64,000 nucleotides of DNA from an uncultured Anaerolineales bacterium (GTDB lineage Bacteria; Chloroflexota; Anaerolineae; Anaerolineales; UBA11858): contig CAYUXO010000001.1 in assembly GCA_964448865.1 (NCBI GenBank), positions 4,747-68,746 on the forward strand, written 5' to 3'. The position numbers were made by a program, and so were the translations under genes. Below the pieces are notes generated by a model that was not told the origin of the DNA, did no database searches, and saw only the letters and a list, made by a program, of their open reading frames with translations. Numbering within the stretch: position 1 is the stretch's first letter; every line of letters starts with the position of its first letter. Shown piece by piece: positions 60,472-64,000 of this stretch.

Positions 60472-62358
60472 ATGGCTGATCGAAACGGGTCAAACCTGGA
60501 GAATTCCAGCGGACCGATAGCTTTCCAAACTGAAATAAAACAACTATTGAATATCCTGGTCCATTCCTTGTATACAAAAAGGGAGATATTCTTACGGGAA
60601 TTATTATCGAATGCATCTGATGCGTTAACTCAAATGAGATTTATTCAGCAGACTGATCCAGATATATTGGATCCTTCCCTCGATCTGGAGATCAAAATTG
60701 ATCTGGATCCGGAAAGCAACATCTTAAAGATATCTGATTCCGGTATAGGAATGACCAGTGAAGAGCTGGAAACCAACTTGGGCACAATTGCCCAGTCGGG
60801 CGCCAGAGAATTTATAGAAGCTGCTGAGGGAGATGATCCAAACCTGGTGGATGTGATAGGGCGTTTTGGGGTCGGTTTTTACTCAGTCTTTATGGTTGCT
60901 GATTGGGTGAGAGTATCTTCCAGAAGTTACCAACCCGCTGAAAACCCATCCAGCTGGTATGCGACCGGAGCTGATACATTTGAAATAGGATCATCTGATA
61001 AAGAAAATCGCGGAACGGTTATTGAAATAAAACTTAAGGAAGATGCCCGTGAATTCTCAGATCTTTCCAGAATCCGGGAGATCATTAAAACACATTCGGA
61101 TTACATACCTTATCCGATATTCCTGGGAGATGATAAAGATCAGGTCAATCGTCAAAATGCGATCTGGCGGGAAAATCCCCGATCTGTCGAGGATGGTCAG
61201 TACCAGGATTTTTATCGGCAGTTAACTCTTGAATTGGAAGCTCCTTTGGAAAAGATACATTTTGTTGCTGATGCGCCATTAATGATTTATTCCCTGCTTT
61301 TCATGCCTTCAAAACTTGATCGAGGATTGTTTACCCTGCGGGATCAGGATGGCTTGAGGCTTTATGCCCGCAAAGTTCTCATTGAAGATTACTCAAAAGA
61401 CCTGCTGCCGCCATATTTTAGATTTATACAGGGTGTTGTTGATGCTGAGGATTTACCGCTGAATGTATCGCGTGAAAGCGTTCAAACAACCGCGTTGATC
61501 AATAAGATCAATAAAATACTCACCAATCAAGTGATCCGGAAGCTCAAAGATATGGCTGACAAAGAACCGGATCTTTACCTTCAGTTCTGGTCCGAATTTG
61601 GCCAATTTATCAAAGAAGGTGTGGCAGCCAATGATGAAAATAAGGAAAAGTTATCAAGTTTGCTGCGGTTTCACTCCACTACTATTCCAGATCAATGGTC
61701 CTCCCTGGATGATTATCTCGAACATATGAAACCTGGACAGGATAAGATTTACTATATTCTAGGCGATGATGAAAGCTCTGTCTCTCGCAGTCCCCATCTG
61801 GATTATTTTCAAACCCATTGTTACGAGGTTCTGACATTAACAGACCCGGTTGATTCATTTTTATTGATGGGATTGAGAGATTATAAAGAATATCCTCTGC
61901 AAAATGTAGCCGATTCAGACCTGGTACTTCCTGAGGAAACTGCAGAAGGGGAGGAGGGCGAAGAACCATCTTCACCTCTCCCTGATGAGCAGATCCAAAC
62001 ACTGGTTGATACCTTCAAGGAAATTCTTGCAGATAAGGTCAGTGATGTACGCACAACGGACAGGCTGACCAATTCTGTAGCCCGCTTGGTTGATACCAAA
62101 GGTTCTTTAGGTCAAGAAATGCAGCGAGTTTACCGCATGATGGACCGGGAGTACCAGATTCCTAAAAAGATCCTTGAGATTAACCCAAACCATCCCATAA
62201 TGAAACAGCTGGTATTACTTGAGAGCGATAATTCGCTTACCGGTCTGGTTGTGGAACAAATTTTTGAGAGCGCTTTATTGATTGAAGGTTTACACCCTGA
62301 TCCAGCAGCGATGATTCCCCGCATTCAACAACTAATGGAATCAGCGCTGAGGAAATAA
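60472..62358 (+). CDS. htpG: Molecular chaperone HtpG (Hsp90)
   Basis: FQTEIKQLLNILVHSLYTKREIFLRELLSNASDA, GRFGVGFYS and LNVSRE are present. The protein is 628 aa. Confidence 0.92.
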   Translation: MADRNGSNLENSSGPIAFQTEIKQLLNILVHSLYTKREIFLRELLSNASDALTQMRFIQQTDPDILDPSLDLEIKIDLDPESNILKISDSGIGMTSEELETNLGTIAQSGAREFIEAAEGDDPNLVDVIGRFGVGFYSVFMVADWVRVSSRSYQPAENPSSWYATGADTFEIGSSDKENRGTVIEIKLKEDAREFSDLSRIREIIKTHSDYIPYPIFLGDDKDQVNRQNAIWRENPRSVEDGQYQDFYRQLTLELEAPLEKIHFVADAPLMIYSLLFMPSKLDRGLFTLRDQDGLRLYARKVLIEDYSKDLLPPYFRFIQGVVDAEDLPLNVSRESVQTTALINKINKILTNQVIRKLKDMADKEPDLYLQFWSEFGQFIKEGVAANDENKEKLSSLLRFHSTTIPDQWSSLDDYLEHMKPGQDKIYYILGDDESSVSRSPHLDYFQTHCYEVLTLTDPVDSFLLMGLRDYKEYPLQNVADSDLVLPEETAEGEEGEEPSSPLPDEQIQTLVDTFKEILADKVSDVRTTDRLTNSVARLVDTKGSLGQEMQRVYRMMDREYQIPKKILEINPNHPIMKQLVLLESDNSLTGLVVEQIFESALLIEGLHPDPAAMIPRIQQLMESALRK

Positions 62359-62382
62359 CGTTATCTTATCCCACATCAAATA

Positions 62383-62418
62383 GAAAGCGGAAAGATGAAT
62401 CAACCCTTTCCGCTTTTA
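62383..62418 (+). terminator. Rho-independent terminator after htpG
   Basis: GAAAGCGGAAAGatgaatcaaccCTTTCCGCTTTt. Confidence 0.75.
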
Positions 62419-62778
62419 ATGATTCAAAATGTTCAAATCGGATTTGTTTCTACCAGTCCTCAGAACTAAAATCAGAAATATCACTGAACCAAGAATACTT
62501 GCAGCCCCGCCGCCATACCAGATTGTTTGGGATATGTGTCAATAAAGTGCCTTAGTTTTGTGATGATATTGATTTCGACTGGATATTTTCGGGTGGGTTT
62601 AACCATTAGTTATCTATGAGAGTTCCTTATTTATATACAATGACATCATTGTAATGCACTCCCGTCAATTATAGAATTTCAATATCTGTTTTCCGGCCTA
62701 TTCGTATATAATAGAACCCTATCACCCCAAGAGAGGGTTAATACTATTTCCAATAGAATATTCAGGACTGGATAAAAC

Positions 62779-63546
62779 ATGACTCATATATTAGTGACCA
62801 ATGATGATGGAGTTACCGCACCGGGCTTATATGCCCTTGTGAAAGCTTTGAGAGAGCTGGGGGATGTCAGTGTCCTGGCCCCTGACCGGAACTGGTCTGC
62901 CTCAGGACATGTTAAAACACTCCATCGCCCTTTGCGAGTGAAAGAAATACCGCTGAGTGATGGCACAACTGCGCTTGCCAGTGATGGAGCGCCCTCTGAT
63001 TGTGTTGCTCTGGCAGTTCTGGGTATACTCCAGGACATTGATCTGGTTGTGTCTGGCATTAATCCCAATGCGAATGTCGGGCATGATGTGACTTATTCCG
63101 GAACTGTAACTGCAGCTATGGAAGCTGTGATCTGGGGCTTACCAGGTTTGGCCGTATCCCTGGATAGCCCGGACAATCACCTCGGCCTCCTGGATTATGC
63201 TCCGGCAGCTGAATATGCTCGCCGGGTCGTGGAGATGATGCTAGAGAAGAAGTTTCCAGACGATGTTGTGCTCAATTTAAATGTTCCCGGCCTGCCGCTG
63301 GATGAGATCAAAGGCCTCCAGATCACCAGGCAGGGTTTGCGTGTATATCACGATGAGTTGTTAACCCGCATGGATCCCAGGGGAGTTCCATACTACTGGA
63401 TTGGTGGGGATCCGCCATCTGGTATCCCCAATCAGGGAACTGATTATGGGGCACTTAAGGCGGGATATGCGTCGCTGACACCCTTGAATTTGGACCTTAC
63501 CGCGGTAGATGTCCTGGAGACACTTAAAAAAACGATATCTGAGTGA
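62779..63546 (+). CDS. surE: 5'/3'-nucleotidase SurE
   Basis: ILVTNDDGVTAPG, SGINPNANVGHDVTYSGTVTAAMEA and LTPL are present. Confidence 0.9.
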   Translation: MTHILVTNDDGVTAPGLYALVKALRELGDVSVLAPDRNWSASGHVKTLHRPLRVKEIPLSDGTTALASDGAPSDCVALAVLGILQDIDLVVSGINPNANVGHDVTYSGTVTAAMEAVIWGLPGLAVSLDSPDNHLGLLDYAPAAEYARRVVEMMLEKKFPDDVVLNLNVPGLPLDEIKGLQITRQGLRVYHDELLTRMDPRGVPYYWIGGDPPSGIPNQGTDYGALKAGYASLTPLNLDLTAVDVLETLKKTISE

Positions 63547-63564
63547 TAGTTATCCAGGAAATAT

Positions 63565-64000
63565 ATGATGTCCCAGAAAAATAATGATACGACTTTGATA
63601 ACCACTTCAAGGGGAATCAAGAAATATCTATTGGTTTCCTTTGGATTTCTTTTACTTTTGGCCTGGCTGCTTAACACACCTCCGGGCTTGCTTGGCAAGA
63701 CGGACGCAGTCGGATATGCTGTTTGCCACAGAATTAGCTCCCATTCCTTTTTTTTAGCTGACAGGCCATTTTCCCTATGTGCCCGCTGTTCAGGGCAGTA
63801 CCTGGGGTTCTTATGGGGTTTTAGCCTTCAGGTAATTCTGGCAAAAAAGAGGGTTGGATTTCCTAAACCGTTTTATCTTATGTTATTGGGTGTATTCTTC
63901 CTGGCTTATTTTATTGATGGAGTTAACTCAGCCCTGCACCTTTATCCCGGGTTGGATCGATGGTCATTATATGAGCCGATCAATGAGCTCAGGTTGTTTA
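63565..64000 (+). CDS. DUF2085-like membrane protein, 5' part (runs off the window)
   Basis: I translated this frame by hand; it is not in the ORF track. The translation reads MMSQKNNDTT...AVCHRISSHSFFLADRPFSLCARCSGQYLGF... The CH...CARC.G pattern and TM segments are present, and the frame is open to the window end. Confidence 0.6.
   Translation, partial: MMSQKNNDTTLITTSRGIKKYLLVSFGFLLLLAWLLNTPPGLLGKTDAVGYAVCHRISSHSFFLADRPFSLCARCSGQYLGFLWGFSLQVILAKKRVGFPKPFYLMLLGVFFLAYFIDGVNSALHLYPGLDRWSLYEPINELRLF

Noticed and set aside
62440-62560. A minus-strand TM-like peptide frame (WYGGGAASILGSVIFLILVLRTGRNK) could be a small membrane protein gene.
   Set aside because: There is no ATG, GTG or TTG between the upstream in-frame TGA and the hydrophobic segment. 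It is reported only as part of the ORF-free-gap observation.

Overview
This is a gene-dense bacterial chromosomal segment of about 58 CDS, with no rRNA, tRNA or CRISPR. Gene content suggests a monoderm-type, Chloroflexota/Anaerolineae-like genome: three Hanks-type Ser/Thr kinases and rpmB-Asp23-DAK2-DegV-RecG-CoaD synteny. That taxonomic call is inference only.

The left half is mostly housekeeping: mog, an S41 peptidase, acyl-CoA dehydrogenase, coaD, recG, FakA/FakB-like genes, rpmB, rpe, purB and gyrB. It also holds a seven-gene minus-strand signalling operon: PQQ-propeller kinase, PP2C, J-domain-vWA, Zn-ribbon-FHA, a small ORF and two orphan response regulators.

The right half (about 34.3-58.0 kb) is a large plus-strand nucleobase (probably purine) catabolic island. 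It encodes:
- an 8-oxoguanine-deaminase-like amidohydrolase and two AdeC-like adenine deaminases
- a GntR/HutC regulator
- two different carbamoyltransferases and a carbamate kinase
- a BMP-type ABC importer
- a three-subunit molybdenum hydroxylase
- two fold-type-II PLP enzymes and a hydantoinase

A sigma70-like promoter bracketed by two identical palindromes precedes the island.

Immediately downstream sit two tandem IS200/Y1 (RAYT-like) transposase paralogs, one interrupted by an in-frame TAA. Each is preceded by an inverted doublet of a 13-nt motif, GGATGCG(G/T)GATCC. The same motif recurs in two distant intergenic sites of the window, which looks like a REP/REPIN-RAYT system.

Other notable items are an MtaD-like deaminase fused to a CYTH-like domain and a PHP-AlbA_2 fusion protein.

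All functional calls come from motifs I recognised in the translated ORFs. No database search was run.
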